A stretch of DNA of 64,000 nucleotides from Octopus vulgaris (lineage: Eukaryota), in assembly GCA_951406725.2 (NCBI GenBank), contig OX597815.1:69378001-69442000 (forward strand). The letters run 5' to 3'. Below the pieces are notes generated by a model. The model was not told where the DNA came from, did no database searches, and saw only the letters and a program-made list of their open reading frames with translations. This document shows positions 1-12,749 of this stretch, piece after piece. Position 1 is the first letter of the stretch; each line of letters starts with the position of its first letter. Made by a program: the position numbers and the translations under genes.

Positions 1-291
1 TGTTTCTTGTTGTCGTTTCGCCGCACTCCTCCTCCTCTCCAATTCACGCCGAGCATTGAGTTCTTCTTGTGATAATCTTCGCCTTCTTTCTGCAGTTCGA
101 AGTCGGGCAATTTCTCTGCGACTGATAACTTTTACCTCTGTTTGTCTTTGATTTACAATTACCTGTTGTATATTTGAAAAATCTGAACGACATCTTGCTA
201 GTTTTCGTGCTTCTCGTTCTCGTATTCTTTGCCTCGCCTTCCTCTCCCGTGCCAATCGCCGTTTTCTCTCAATGCGATCTTCCATGTGCAT
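1..291 (-). CDS. N-terminus of an ORF running off the left edge; Arg/Glu-rich STPR-like repeats, probably a Helitron RepHel N-terminal region or a derived gene
   Basis: Manual translation from ATG at 291/285 has no stop down to base 1: MHMEDRIERKRRLARERKARQRIREREARKL...RRRRLSQEELNARRELERRRSAAKRQQET. Absent from the ORF track because no stop falls in the window. Confidence 0.5.
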   Translation of the reverse strand, partial: MHMEDRIERKRRLARERKARQRIREREARKLARCRSDFSNIQQVIVNQRQTEVKVISRREIARLRTAERRRRLSQEELNARRELERRRSAAKRQQET

Positions 292-1764
292 TAAAATTTA
301 GCACTTTTGAAATAATTTAATTATGCATTATATACTGAAAAGAAACCTCTAGCAAGATAGAAAAGAGCAAAGGAAATTATTAGATTTATGGTAACATCGA
401 ACCGATATTAATTTCAAATTCGAACTGTTTTCATTTCGTTGCTAGTAAATTACAGACACTCCACTCGGTGGCAGATATATTTTAATTATTGTTTATGTAA
501 CATTTTATATGTATTTAATCTCTAATAATAACCAATATAAATGTTGGTTGGTTGGTTGATTTTCTAGTCACGCTTTACAATGTATAGAGAGAGGGGGAGA
601 GTGAAAGAGAGATACAGAGTTAACATAGGAGGTGCAGGATGAGTGCATGACTGGCAATGAGTAACATGAATAATATACACTCAGAAAGAATTAGACCGAG
701 AGAGAAAAAGGAGAGAAATGGTGTTTTTGGACTGTTTATAATAAAATCATCACGGAGATCCGTAATGGATAATTTTTGTTTCGAAATTTTACTTGTTTTA
801 TTTAATTCTATTTGAAGTTAATAAAATATATTTTTTGAAAATTTGTATTCATTTCATAATTTTGTATAAATACCGAAAAGTTTTATAAAAAATGTTAAAC
901 TTTATTTATTCAATGTATGCCATACTTTCAAAGTTATCCGTCCATATAGCGGGTAGCGCGCGCGCGCGCACACACACGCACACACACATACACACACGTT
1001 CGTGTCTAGACATTAGTGTTACCTAAAATTCCAACGTCCTAATGATCGGTGCTGTAATCCAGGTAAACTAGAGTTGTCTATAGGAAGCTCACCGGTCAAG
1101 CTAATGAAAATAAAGATAAAATAAAAGATGGACAGGCAGACAGTTATTTATGGCACCGATGCATTTATAAAACGGGAAGTACAACTGACTGTCTCTAGAC
1201 TCCTCTTATTTGTTCATATGTCGCTTTACAATTACATTGGCTTAAAATATGTGATTGTAAATAGCTCGGGGGTAGGAGGAAGTAGAAAAAGCAAGTATTA
1301 TTGTATTCGGAGTTATCTGTCTGTAGATTTTTACGTAACTGCTACTACAGAAAATGGATACCATCACAATATGGGCTGTCACAGCTGCTGCTACTTCTCT
1401 TATTTTTTTACACCACTTCGAGTAGATTTTAATTGTAAAAATTCCAAACTTGAACACATATAATGAAATATTGAAATGTACTCTTACTAGAGCATGTAAA
1501 AATATATATCTATAAACACTGGTCTGTCTGACAGTCACTTGAATCTATCGAGAGAGAGGGGAGAGGGTTAGAGAAATCCGTCTGGCTTGCTGTATATCTA
1601 TATATCTCGGGCTATCCTTCGAAGTGGGGTGGAGTCAAGAGTTTATTCTAGTTTGATGTACTTGCTCCTACTTCAGCTTAGTTAACTGATTTTTATCGAC
1701 ATTTCATTACTGTTTATGTTTGTGAATTATGTTCATTTAACACTAAATTATTACAAATAAAATT

Positions 1765-2070
1765 GATTGTGGTTAAGTTTGGTTCGTAACCACGTGGTTT
1801 CGGGTTCAGCCCCACGGTATGGCACCTTGTACAAGTATCGTCTACTATAGATAGCCCCGGGCCAACTAAAAAACCTTACAAGTGGATATGTCCTATCACC
1901 GCTTAACAAGCGGTGTAAGTTCGTTTATGTTCCCATAACCTAGCGGCTCTGCAAAATGTGATCGATTGAATGTTTCCAGGCTTTAAGTACCAGGGTCGAT
2001 TTTTTTTTTTTTTTTCGACTATACCTTTCAAGGCATAGCCGCAGTCCAATGACTGAAATAAGTAAAAGAA
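1765..2070 (+). mobile_element. SINE family A (tRNA-derived octopus-type), degenerate
   Basis: ggttcagcccca...ggcaccttg head; ...gcagtccaatgactgaaataagtaaaaga tail, matching the copy at 9956. Confidence 0.75.
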
Positions 2071-2724
2071 TAATATATAATTGTTGTGGAAGAGCATATT
2101 CTGTTATGGTGCATGTGTATTATTTAAGAACCAAATTTAAAATAATATAAATCATAAATATACACGTGCGTATGTTTAGAAATAGTTTTAATGTTATTTA
2201 TGTAATATCAGTAGTGACTTGGTTACAAACTGTTATTTAAACATGGCTGCCCTTCCTTGTCCATTTAGTACTATGGGGCTTACACATGTTTTATCACGGG
2301 TGCAAACAAACAAATTGTTTACTGATAAACAATCTGACAGCAGCGATTGGGCTGTAGCTAATCACGTGACCAGCCGGCGAACTGTGTCTGTGAAGATGAA
2401 TTGACAGAGATAGAGTGGGAGAGAAGACGCGTTTGGTAAGGCAGAAAGAGAGTAAAAGGGGAGGCAATGGAAGAAAAGGAAGACAAGTATATATTTATTT
2501 CACTATCTCGTTCAGTTACTCTCTTTAATAGTCGCTGCGTACAAATATCTCGATCTAAACCACATTATTTTTCGATTTCGTAGTTCTGTATTATTAAAAC
2601 ATTCGTACGCACATATAGACATGTGTGAGTATGTAAGAACACACGTGTGTCTGAATTGTATAGAAACTAGTGACGTTATACAAACACAGCGAGATAGATA
2701 CATTCTTAATTAATCTACTCAGTA

Positions 2725-2875
2725 GCGTTTCTTCCGGCCTTTATGTTCGGAGTTCAAATTCTGCTGAGGTTGACTTTGCTTTTCATGCTAAAGAACAGTA
2801 GAGCACTGGGGTCAGTGTAATCGACTAGCTCCTTCTCCCAACATTTCAGGCTCTGTATCTATAGTAGAAAGGAAT
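2725..2875 (+). mobile_element. SINE family B fragment
   Basis: gagttcaaattctgctgaggttgactttgcttttcat...ctggggtcagtgtaatcgact. Confidence 0.7.
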
Positions 2876-2884
2876 TGCATCTTT

Positions 2885-3085
2885 ACACGTTTCAGTCATT
2901 AGACTGCGGCCATGCTAGGGCACCTCCTTGAAGGGTTTTATTCGAAGGAGTCGATTGCAGTACTTATTTTCAAAGGCCTGATACTTATTCTATCGATCAT
3001 TTAGGCCGAGCTGCTAAGTTACGGGGATGTAAACAAACCAACACAGATTGTCAAGCAGTGATGGTGGAACGAACAAAGGCACTAT
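2885..3085 (-). mobile_element. SINE family A, 3' half
   Basis: tttcagtcattagactgcggccatgct...gctaagttacgggga is the reverse complement of the family A tail. Confidence 0.75.
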
Positions 3086-3099
3086 ATGTATATATATTT

Positions 3100-3174
3100 G
3101 GCCTGATGAGTAGCTAGCTGAGTAACTCTTTGAGTAATTACATCAGATCTGCTCGCTGAGAAACATGTGTAGCC
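3100..3174 (+). ncRNA. Degenerate type-I hammerhead ribozyme motif with long stem II
   Basis: ggc-CTGATGA-(~50 nt hairpin)-GAAAC-atgt-GTA-gcc; stem I is only 3 bp and the stem II closure is imperfect. Confidence 0.45.
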
Positions 3175-3219
3175 TGGATTTTACCTGTTCCACTCCCTCA
3201 ATGTGGAGATATATATATA

Positions 3220-3289
3220 TAGTGTAGCAATTTAAAAGTGATGTATATATATATATATATATATATATCACTTTTAAATTGCTACACTA
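3220..3289. repeat. 23-bp perfect inverted repeat around a (TA)n loop
   Basis: tagtgtagcaatttaaaagtgat / atcacttttaaattgctacacta. Confidence 0.85.
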
Positions 3290-3342
3290 GATAAAAATAT
3301 TCAATATCTTTGCAAATATTTTCTCGTGAATTATTTGCTTCG

Positions 3343-3374
<32 letters not shown>

Positions 3375-3391
3375 GTGTGTATATATAAATG

Positions 3392-3426
<35 letters not shown>

Positions 3427-3744
3427 AGTGTATGATATAATCAAAACAGAAGATTGGAAAATACTTTAGTATTATGTATTCGCCATTGCACGTATTTCAT
3501 TTGCTAATAGGGGTTACAAAATTGTACATGTGGGAGGGACATATAACTCCTATTAGTAAATGAAACACGTGAATAATACCAACATTTTTCTTTTCGATCT
3601 CCTATTTTGCTATGTAATTACTCTGCAAAAAACTCTTTTAAGCATGCCTCACACAATTACAACATCTACATAGGACTTTAGAGTACTGGAATAAGCAGAC
3701 GTACTTCAAGAGGATACAGCTGGGAATATAAGACTATCTACATA

Positions 3745-3890
3745 CTGTGCACACACGATGGCTCTCTTTCAGTATCCGTCTACCAAATCCACTCACAAGT
3801 CTGTTTGGAGCTATAATAGAAGACACATGCCCAATGTAGCCACACAGTGGAACTGAACCTGAAACCATGTGTTGGGAAGCAGACTTCTTG
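3745..3890 (-). mobile_element. SINE family A, 5' half
   Basis: ccgtctaccaaatccactcacaag...ctgaacctgaaaccatgtg. Confidence 0.7.
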
Positions 3891-4124
3891 CTCTATCTTC
3901 TCATATAACAAATCAAGTACCAACTTCGATCCCAGCGATGTATCTTGGGCCAAGTATCTTTTATCACATTCCCAGCTCTACAGTTTAAAACTGGGTCGAC
4001 TCGACTTGCGGATAGAATTGGGATGAAAAAAATGGTGGCATCTCATCGGAAGGATTGTTATCCATAATTCAAAAGGCTAAATCTCGTGACAATCTTGTAA
4101 GCTGGTTTTGTCAGAGAATTATGT

Positions 4125-4360
4125 ATTTGTTTCTTTATTGCCCACAAGGGACTAAACATAGAGGGGACAAACAAGGACAGACAAAGGGATTAAGTCGATT
4201 ACATCGACCCCAGTGCGAAACTGGTACTTTATTTATCGACCCCGAAAGGATGAAAGGCAAAGTCGACCTCGGCGGAATTTGAACTCAGAACGTAACGGCA
4301 GACGAAATACGAGTATGTATTTTGCCCGGCGTGCTAACGTTTCTGCCAACTCGCCGCCTT
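4125..4360 (-). mobile_element. SINE family B, full length (Meta/MESC-like core)
   Basis: Reverse complement reads aaggcggcgagttggcagaaacgttagc...gagttcaaattccgccgaggtcgactttgcctttcatcctttcggggtcgataaa...gggcaataaagaaac. Confidence 0.85.
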
Positions 4361-4579
4361 CAAAGAATTCAGAGAATTATGTATTATATCAGGGGTACAC
4401 ATGTCTGGAGGAATACTCTGTCATCTCTTACAAATTAATTCACTCAATTGAACAACTGAATAGTCATCATTGAAACCAAACGAATGCCCATTTACTCTAC
4501 ACACAGAGAAGATTTTTTCCCCTGCATTTGGTCTGTAGTTCTTACTAATAATTAACTTACTAAGTATAAGCATGGGTCA

Positions 4580-4912
4580 GGCGGGCATTGCTGTGTGGTA
4601 AGAAGTTTGCTTCTGGACCACTTGGTTCTGGGTTCAGTCCCCTGCATGGCAGCTTGAGCAAGCGTTTTCAGTAGTCTCGGGCCGACAAAAGCCTTGTGAA
4701 TGAATTTGGTAGCCGAAAACTGAAAGAAGCCCGTAAAATGTGCGTCTTCCCACCACATGCCAACCGGTTTTCTTTTGATTTCGTCCCCGTAACCTAGCGG
4801 TTCGGCGAAAGAGACCTATAGACTAAGTAAGAGGCTTAAAATAATTCTGGGTTCGAATCGTTCAGCTTAAATTCTTCAAGGTGGTACCCCAGCATGGCCG
4901 CAGTCTAAAAGA
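4580..4912 (+). mobile_element. SINE family A
   Basis: gctgtgtggtaagaagtttgc...ggttcagtccc...cagcatggccgcagtc. Confidence 0.8.
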
Positions 4913-5070
4913 TAAATAATACAGCAAGCAAAATGGATTATGAAAGTCTACGCGGAGCTCTAAACTACAGTAGCAGTCGTACATGTATTTGTACGCACAA
5001 TTTCTACACACACACACACACGCGCGCGTGTATAAAGTGATATGCGTATATATGTAAGTTTATATATATA

Positions 5071-5217
5071 CTCTTTTACTCTTTTTTACTCTTTTACTTG
5101 TTTCAGTCATTTGACTGCGGCCATGCTGGAGCACCGCCTTTAGTCGAGCAAATCGACCCCGGTACTTATTCTTTTGTAAGCCCAGAACTTATTCTATCGG
5201 TCTCTTTTGCCGAACCG
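5071..5217 (-). mobile_element. SINE family A, 3' fragment
   Basis: ctcttttacttgtttcagtcatttgactgcggccatgctggagc. Confidence 0.8.
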
Positions 5218-6431
5218 GCGTATATGTAAGTACATACATATATAGAAATACATATAGACATATATGTGTGTGTGTATGCGTATACATGTATTTTCAATTT
5301 GGTTTTCCATCCATTTCTTTTAATAAGTATAAAGTATACATCATTATGTTTGTTTTCTCATTTTATCTATTTGTTATTTAAGGTAGTTTTCTCTTTGTGG
5401 AAGAAAACATCACACAGAATGTTTTGAAACACGGAATGAAGCTTTTAACCACAGATATATACACACCGGTGTGATAGTGAAATCACTTTGACCTTTCGTG
5501 ATCAAATCTATCCCTAACATTGTATTTATCAATGAGACTGATCAGCCAGTTCTGTTGACCTTTATTCTTGCTGTGGTCCGTCCCAATCTTTAAGCAAGCG
5601 AAGCTGAGTCGTATAAAATTAAACAGTCTCGCTTAGAAAGAAGTTGAACGTAAGATATCTGCAATAGTTTATAATGTAGGACCAACGAGATGGTGGCACT
5701 TAACTCGACCATTTCGCTTTTACATACGTATAGATACAATGCGTTGTCTGTGTTATAGGGGAGGATGTAGTCATCTGATATAGTATTACAAATATGACGG
5801 CCGCGGTTTCTATTTTTAGAGTATCTCTTTGTTTTTTTCTTTCTTTCTCCGATTATTCCCTATCGCCTCTACACAACTTCGCCTCTCTCTCTCTCCCACT
5901 TTCCCTCCTCTCACTTATGTGCGGCAATTAAACTGGCTAACAGACCTTATGAGTCACACACACACACACACACACACGTCCTACATGACATTTTCATTTT
6001 CCTTCGCGTTACTCCATACTTGTCCGTTTTGCGGTTGCACGGGCTTTTTCGTTGTTTATAATATATATATATATATATATTGTTTTATTTTGTCGTGTTT
6101 GTTTTGTTTTCGTCATTGTTATGTACGTTCGTTAGCTTTGGACGACAGATGAGGAATTAGCTATGAATTTTCCGTTTGTTGTTTTTGTTAAATTTTTGAA
6201 ATATATATAAAGGTGAGTTTAAAGGGGTAAATTATCCAGACAGTTACCGTGGTAGCTCTCAGGTATGTTCTAGGTTAAGGCTAACCGCATCAGGTAGTAT
6301 TGAGCGTCGATGATCGCTTCGTATTAGCAATTCCGTTGCAATTCTTCTGATGAGTAACTTTGTGTTCACTTCCCTGGATTATGAATATTATACGGAGTGT
6401 AGATTTAAAATAATTATAAAGAATACAGAGA

Positions 6432-6893
6432 CTGGTGCATCATCAAATTTCTCTTTAATTTTACGGTTTGTCATACAGCATAATTTGTTAGTTAAATTGA
6501 CATACACGTGTTTCTGCTGCACAGAGTATGTGCAGTCGCATAATCCAATATAATTTTCTGTGCACTTTCATTTAGAGTCCTTCAACTAGCGTGGTTCGAA
6601 GTGAACTGAGTTTATATATTTGTGGCTAGTTTAAGATACCAAGGTCAGCATAAGGATAAATTTTACAACCATATCAGGTTTAAGCTAACCTCCGGTCACT
6701 TTTTTTTGTATTTTAAAATAGCCACAAATAAATAAACTCAGTTCGCTTCGAACCGTTGAAGAACCTTGAATAAAGGTACACAGAAACTTATGCTCGGTTG
6801 CATGTGCAGCAGAAACACGTGTTAGTCAATTTAACCAGCAAACTATGCTCTATGGCAAACTGTAAAATTAAGAGAAGTTTGATAATGTACCAA
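6432..6893. repeat. Diverged fold-back with ~200-bp arms carrying a relic HHR half (GAAAC-acgt-GT)
   Basis: 6432-~6640 is the imperfect reverse complement of ~6705-6893, e.g. acacgtgtttctgctgcaca / tgtgcagcagaaacacgtgt. Confidence 0.75.
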
Positions 6894-7279
6894 CGAGCAA
6901 AACGTCCCACGTCCAATGGACGGTACTGAGTTGTCAAACATTTAAACCAAATTTTCTCAAAACAACTTGTCCGACCGTCCCATAGGCCACCCCTTTGAGA
7001 AACACTGATTTAACGTAAATTTGAGACACCGTGCATTTTTCTCGCGTACGCGCAGTATCGATCGCAACAGCTGATGTACTTGCGCGTACAAATGCACGTT
7101 CCCATGGCTTTATTGATCGCATTCTCACCTGGAATCAATTTTTGTAATTTTTTCAAGACTTATACATGTCCTGATACTGACAGTATCTACATATCAAATT
7201 TGAGCGCAATCGGATGGAGGATGCCCGAGATCCTAGAAGACACACATACAGACAGACAGAACGGATTTTTTATAATAGA
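6894..7279 (-). mobile_element. Non-autonomous Helitron
   Basis: Minus strand starts A|TCTATTATAAAAAATCCGTTCTGTCTGTCTGT; 3' hairpin CGTCCA-T-TGGACG, ends CTCG|T (CTRR variant); inserted in an AT dinucleotide. Confidence 0.7.
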
Positions 7280-7284
7280 TTTAC

Positions 7285-7465
7285 ACACATATGAAAAATG
7301 CATTAAATACTATAAGACGTTCACGTAGGACAGGAAGTTCCCAGTCTTAACGTTAAAGGCACGAAACTGGGTATTAGTATTTTTGGTCGTTAACTGAGGA
7401 AGTATTAGGGTCCTTCTGTGTCTGTCCTACGTGTACGTTTTGTAGTGTTCAATGTATTTTTCCTT
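7285..7465. repeat. Diverged fold-back
   Basis: aaaaatgcattaaatactataagacgttcacgtaggacag / ctgtcctacgtgtacgttttgtagtgttcaatgtattttt. Confidence 0.6.
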
Positions 7466-9955
7466 TATGGAGTAACTGAATGCCACGTATCTCGACTTTG
7501 TTAACAGTAAATTTGTATGTATATATATATATATATGCTACGGATAATTATATTTGATTTTAATTTCGAATAATTTTTTTTCCCTATCCACTCTCAGCCA
7601 TTCACCCCCCTCTCTCTCTCTTTCATTTCACACATATTTTCTCTTTCACTAATTCCTTTCCATGCATTCCCAACCACACCTATAACCCGCTCTCTCTCTC
7701 TCAAACACCTAATTAATTTTGCAGGAAAAAAAAAGATTAAAAAATACTTATATACATACATTCATACACACACAATTTCTTATACGTACACACATATATA
7801 ATGCGTACATATGTGAACACACATACGCGTACGCATGCTACACATACACACACACATGCACGCACACACACATACATGTGCATACTTGCATATCCACTGT
7901 CAATCTTATCCATGAAACTAGGTCAAATTTGAGGCTTGTATGTAAATATTCCAGCCTCACTCCCACTAACCATTATTCATTCGCCTTTTACTGGCCTTTT
8001 CACAGCTGACATATTTTTTAATCGTTAGACATAAAGCGACTAATTAGTTAAAACTTAATTAAGAAATATAATTTTGTCAGTTGAAGACGCATCCTGAGAG
8101 AGAGAGAGAGGGGGGAGGGAGAGATACATAGATAAATAGATAGATAAAGAGAGGAGGAGCAATAGATAGAGAGAGAGAGAGAGAGAGAAATTTTAGTAAT
8201 TCTCGTTAAAAATCACTACAGCCGGTCACGTTACTCTCTTAAAACATCGTTCGAGCAGACTTTGAAAGCCAAGTAAATCATGTAACATTTATTAATCAGC
8301 AACTGACGATATCGCTGCATGGTCGAATGGTTAACGAGTTCGTCTCGCAGTCGTTACATACCTTGTTCGATCGCTCTGCGTGGAATCAGGCCCCAGTGTC
8401 ATTTAAGAAGTTTGCCTGTCACTCATGAGGTCACAGGTCCGATCCTGTTGTGTAGCATTGTGGGAAGGTGTCTTTGCAATACCATTGTAGAAAACATTTG
8501 TCCAAGTTGCTGTGCAATGGGACGGAGACTGTGCAGAAGCTGACGGATGGATTGTACTTGTAATTCAAGGATCCAGCCTTATCACACACTGTGTCACGTT
8601 AATTCTGAGAATCACTTTCAGTGTCCGTGAAATACTCAACCACTTCCATGTTTACTCAATGAATCGATTGTTGAGTTGATCGAACAAATGAATACTCATC
8701 GTCGAAACTGATGGAGATCCACTTTATGAAGAAACGAATTGCAAGAATGATTGAAATATTAAATTAACATATGGGCTATGAGTTCAAATCTTATGCTAGC
8801 ATTTCTAGGGCCAATATATTTAATACTATAACCAACGAAAGAGTCTCTATGTAGTCGTTTAATCTGCTGAAAATAGTAGACAAGTTTTTCTCGAATCATA
8901 CCCATACAGTTTTATAAATAGAAGTAATTATGCTCGAGTATTTTCACAGGTGGAAAAATCTTTGATCGTAAATCTGCTGAGCAGAGCTGCTCCGTGATAA
9001 AACCACAACTTCTTTTAATGCATATATCAGTTCCTAAGTATATAGATGTGAAATCAAGATTCCACAGAATTCTTTTATTTGTTTATTTTTTCATTAATTT
9101 TTGTATCCTGTGCTCTCCAAACATTTATCTCGCATATAACACCATGAAGACACAACTAAATAAGAAGCAACATAAGATCCCTGCATTTCTAAGAAAGTTC
9201 AATTATTACCTTATTAGCGACCAAGTATTTATAAAAGTTGACATAATCATCTGGCACGGCAAAGAGTTTCATTTTGTTAAGGAATCATTTACAAAATCCC
9301 TTGGCACATAACACTATAAATTCAATAATTTTAGCTAATTTTGTAAAATGAAAAGGATTTTTCAATTCGCGACCGAAATTTATAAAGATCGATTGGCTTC
9401 ATCTACAATACATGATAAAAATTGAAGTTTGTTGGTAATTGTTGGTAGTTTGTTAAGCTTATGAAAGTAAAACTAAACTGAGACAATAATGCGGCTATAA
9501 CAGTAGGGGTTTAAGTATAACCTTATTTGCTAAAGTAATAGCCAAACATAAGAATTTTCATAATTAGCGACCAGAAACCAATGAAATTTGATACTATCAC
9601 CTTCTGGTGGAACAAAAAAAACTTTCATTTGATTAGGGAATCATTTACACAAATCATAGGGATCTAATTCTGTAAACTCAATAACATTATTCAGGCTTAA
9701 AAAATGAGTTTGTTTTTTGTAATCAGCAAAGAAACTTTGTAAAGATCAACTGGTTTTGCATCCAATGCTTAAAAAGTTGGTAATTGATCGAAGGTTTATT
9801 AGCTAATGTAGTCAGAGAACAAAGTAAAGATCATCATAAGATCGACGTGAGACAAAGAGAAGCTTTTGGTTTGCTTTATTTGCTCACATAATAGGACAAA
9901 ACATTCTCAAATATTGAAAAATTATTATGATTTATACAAAAAGCGACCAAGTACA

Positions 9956-10126
9956 GGCGCAGGAGTGGCTGTGTGGTAAGTAGCTTGCTAACCAACCACA
10001 TGGTTCCGGGTTCAGTCCCACTGCGTGGCATCTTGGGCAAGTGTCTTCTGCTATAGCCCCGGGCCGACCAATGCCTTGTGAGTGGATTTGGTAGACGGAA
10101 ACTGAAAGAAGCCTGTCGTATATATG

Positions 10127-10159
<33 letters not shown>

Positions 10160-10370
10160 GTGTGTGTTTGTCCCCCTAGCATTGCTTGACAACCGATGAT
10201 GTTGTGTTTACGTCCCCGTCACTTAGCGGTTCGGCAAAAAGAGAACGATAGAATAAGTACTGGGCTTACAAAAAAGAATAAGTCCCGGGGTCGATTTGCT
10301 CGACTAAAGGCAGTGCTCCAGCATGGCCGCAGTCAAATGACTGAAACAAGTAAAAGAGTAAAAAGAGTAA
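9956..10370 (+). mobile_element. SINE family A, full length, with internal (TA)n/(TG)n
   Basis: ggcgcaggagtggctgtgtggtaag (A box), ggttcagtccc (B box), internal microsatellite, tail gactgaaacaagtaaaagagtaaaaagag. Confidence 0.9.
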
Positions 10371-10757
10371 GTAACTATAAGAATTGAAACAACCAGCTCA
10401 CGATAGAGCAAAAAAGTTTCATTTTATTAAAAAATTATTTCCACAAAACCCTGAGACATAACTCTGAAGATTAAGAGTTATCTAATCTTGAGAAATGAGT
10501 AGATTTTTGTAATCAGTGAGCAAAATATTTTACAGCTCAATGGTATCCATTTGATAGAAAGAAAAGTTGGATTTCGTTGGTAAGTGACGGTAGTTTGATT
10601 AGCTAATTAAGATATAACTAAGAAACGTTCTAAGATCCACGCGGCTCTAAGAGACGTTTCATGATCACCTTAATTGCTTGTGTAATACTCAGCAAATATT
10701 GCTGGAAAATGGAAAAGCTTTTGTAATTTGCGACCGGGTATCTATAAGAATTTAGAT

Positions 10758-11132
10758 AGGCACGCGCGTGGCTGTGTGATAAGAGAACCACCTGGTTCCG
10801 AGTTCTGTTCCACCGCGTGACACACTGGGCAAATGTCTTTTACTATAGCCTCAGGCCTACCAAAGCCTTGTGAGAGGATTTGGTAGACGGAAACTGAAAG
10901 AAGCCAGTCGTAAAAATATGTATGTACGCGCATGCGTATTTGTCCCACTACTATCACTTGGCAATTAGTGCTGGTGTGTTTACGTCCCCGTAAATTAGCG
11001 GTTCGGCAAAAGAGCCCGACAGAATAAGTACCAGACTTTACAAAACATACTGGTGCTGATACAGTCGACTAAAAATTCTTCAAGGCGGTGTCCAGTATGG
11101 GCGCAGTGCAATGACTGAATCGGATAAAAGAT
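10758..11132 (+). mobile_element. SINE family A
   Basis: Same motifs as the 9956 copy, more diverged. Confidence 0.8.
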
Positions 11133-12749
11133 TTTAAAAAATCAAATCTCAGAACAGCAAACGATTTCAATCAATTAAACACTACGGATATTACTTTGAA
11201 AACAATAACTTTATCAAATCTTTACAAGCGAGTAAAATTTTTCGTAATCAGTGATTAAAACGTTATAAAGGTCAACTTGTTTGACCTCCGGTACAAGAAA
11301 AACGTTAAACTTTCTTGACTATTGAGTGAAGTTTAACTAGCATATACATAAAAGCAGAACTAAATAAAAACCACCGTAAGATCAATGTAACTTTAAGAGG
11401 GGGATTCAAGTATTACTTTATTTGCTTTTGTAATACGCCCAAATATTAACAAATATTGAAAAATTATAATAATTTTCGTGAGTAATGGCAAAGTATTTAT
11501 AAGAACTGAAATAATCAAGTTTCAGTAAAGAAAACAGTTTCAGTTAAGGAATCACACAAACACTACAGAGAAAATTGTAAATTTACAGAAAATTGTAAAT
11601 ATATATAATCGTAACAAACGAATATAGGATTTTCGTAATGAGCGACCCAATCGTTATAAAGATCAATGTGTTTTGCCTCTGACAGAAGAAAAAAGTCCAT
11701 TTTTTTTTGTTAATGGACGAAACTTTGATTAGCTTATAAAAGCAGAACTAAGAACCATCTTAAGATCCACGCAATTCAAAGAGATGGGTAATACTTTATT
11801 TGCTTATGGAATAAAAAAAACAAGCTAATTTTGAATATCATAATAATTTTCGTAATTAGCAACCGAAAATATAAACAATTCATTGAATTGTATAGCAAAC
11901 AGTTAGATTCTATTAAAAAAATTTTATAAACAAATACGAGGGACAAACATCTATAAACACAATTATACTTAATCTTGAGGAGCGACTAAAACTTTTAAAC
12001 GACAATGGTATTACCCACTATTAAAAAGAAGAGTACTTTTTGTTGGAAAATAATGGTAGTTGGATTAAATTATAAACGCAGAATTATCAAAGAGCCATCA
12101 GAAGATTCAAATAGCTAAAAAGAGAAGTATTCAAGTATTATCTAATCAAAAATATTAGCTAAAACTAAAAAATTATTATAATTTTCCTAATTAACGGGAA
12201 AATATTTAGAAAAATTGACACAATAATCTCTTGGTTAAGAAAATAGTTTCATTTTATGAAAGAATTATTCGCACAAACTCTAGGGACATACCTCTGTAAA
12301 CACAATAACTACATCTAATATCAAAAAAATTAGGAGAATTTTTGTAATCAGTGACTGAAACCATTTCAAGGTCGATGACATTGGCTACGATAGCAAAAAG
12401 TGAATTTTGTTTGTAATTGACCGTAGTTTGATGAGCTTATGAAGGCAGAACAAGGTAAGAAACATCAAAAGATCATTGCAGTTCAAAGATGACCTAATTT
12501 GGTTACGGAATACTCAAGTAACATTACTAATTATTGAAAAATTATAATAATTTACGGTCATGTATCTATAAGAATTTAGACAATGAAATTTCGGTACAGA
12601 AAACAATTTTAATTTATTAAAGAATGAATCATCCTAGAGGAATAACTGTAAGCTCAACGTTTTATCTAATGTTGAAAAATGAGAACAAAATATTCGTAAT
12701 CAGTGACCGAACCATTATAAAGATCGACTGGTTTCGCCTCCGATACAAG

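Noticed and set aside
930-960. Possible Helitron 3' hairpin ccgtccatatagcggg
   Set aside because: No CTRR end and no clear 5' partner
1128-1538. Overlapping 111-aa and 98-aa ORFs
   Set aside because: No recognisable motif; likely chance ORFs
6340-6400. CTGATGA motif, also at 13113, 18168, 21004(-), 40316 and 48813(-)
   Set aside because: No matching GAAAC/NUH or stems; some lie inside transposase coding sequence
9956-10030. tRNA gene
   Set aside because: A/B boxes are present but it is a SINE head without a full cloverleaf
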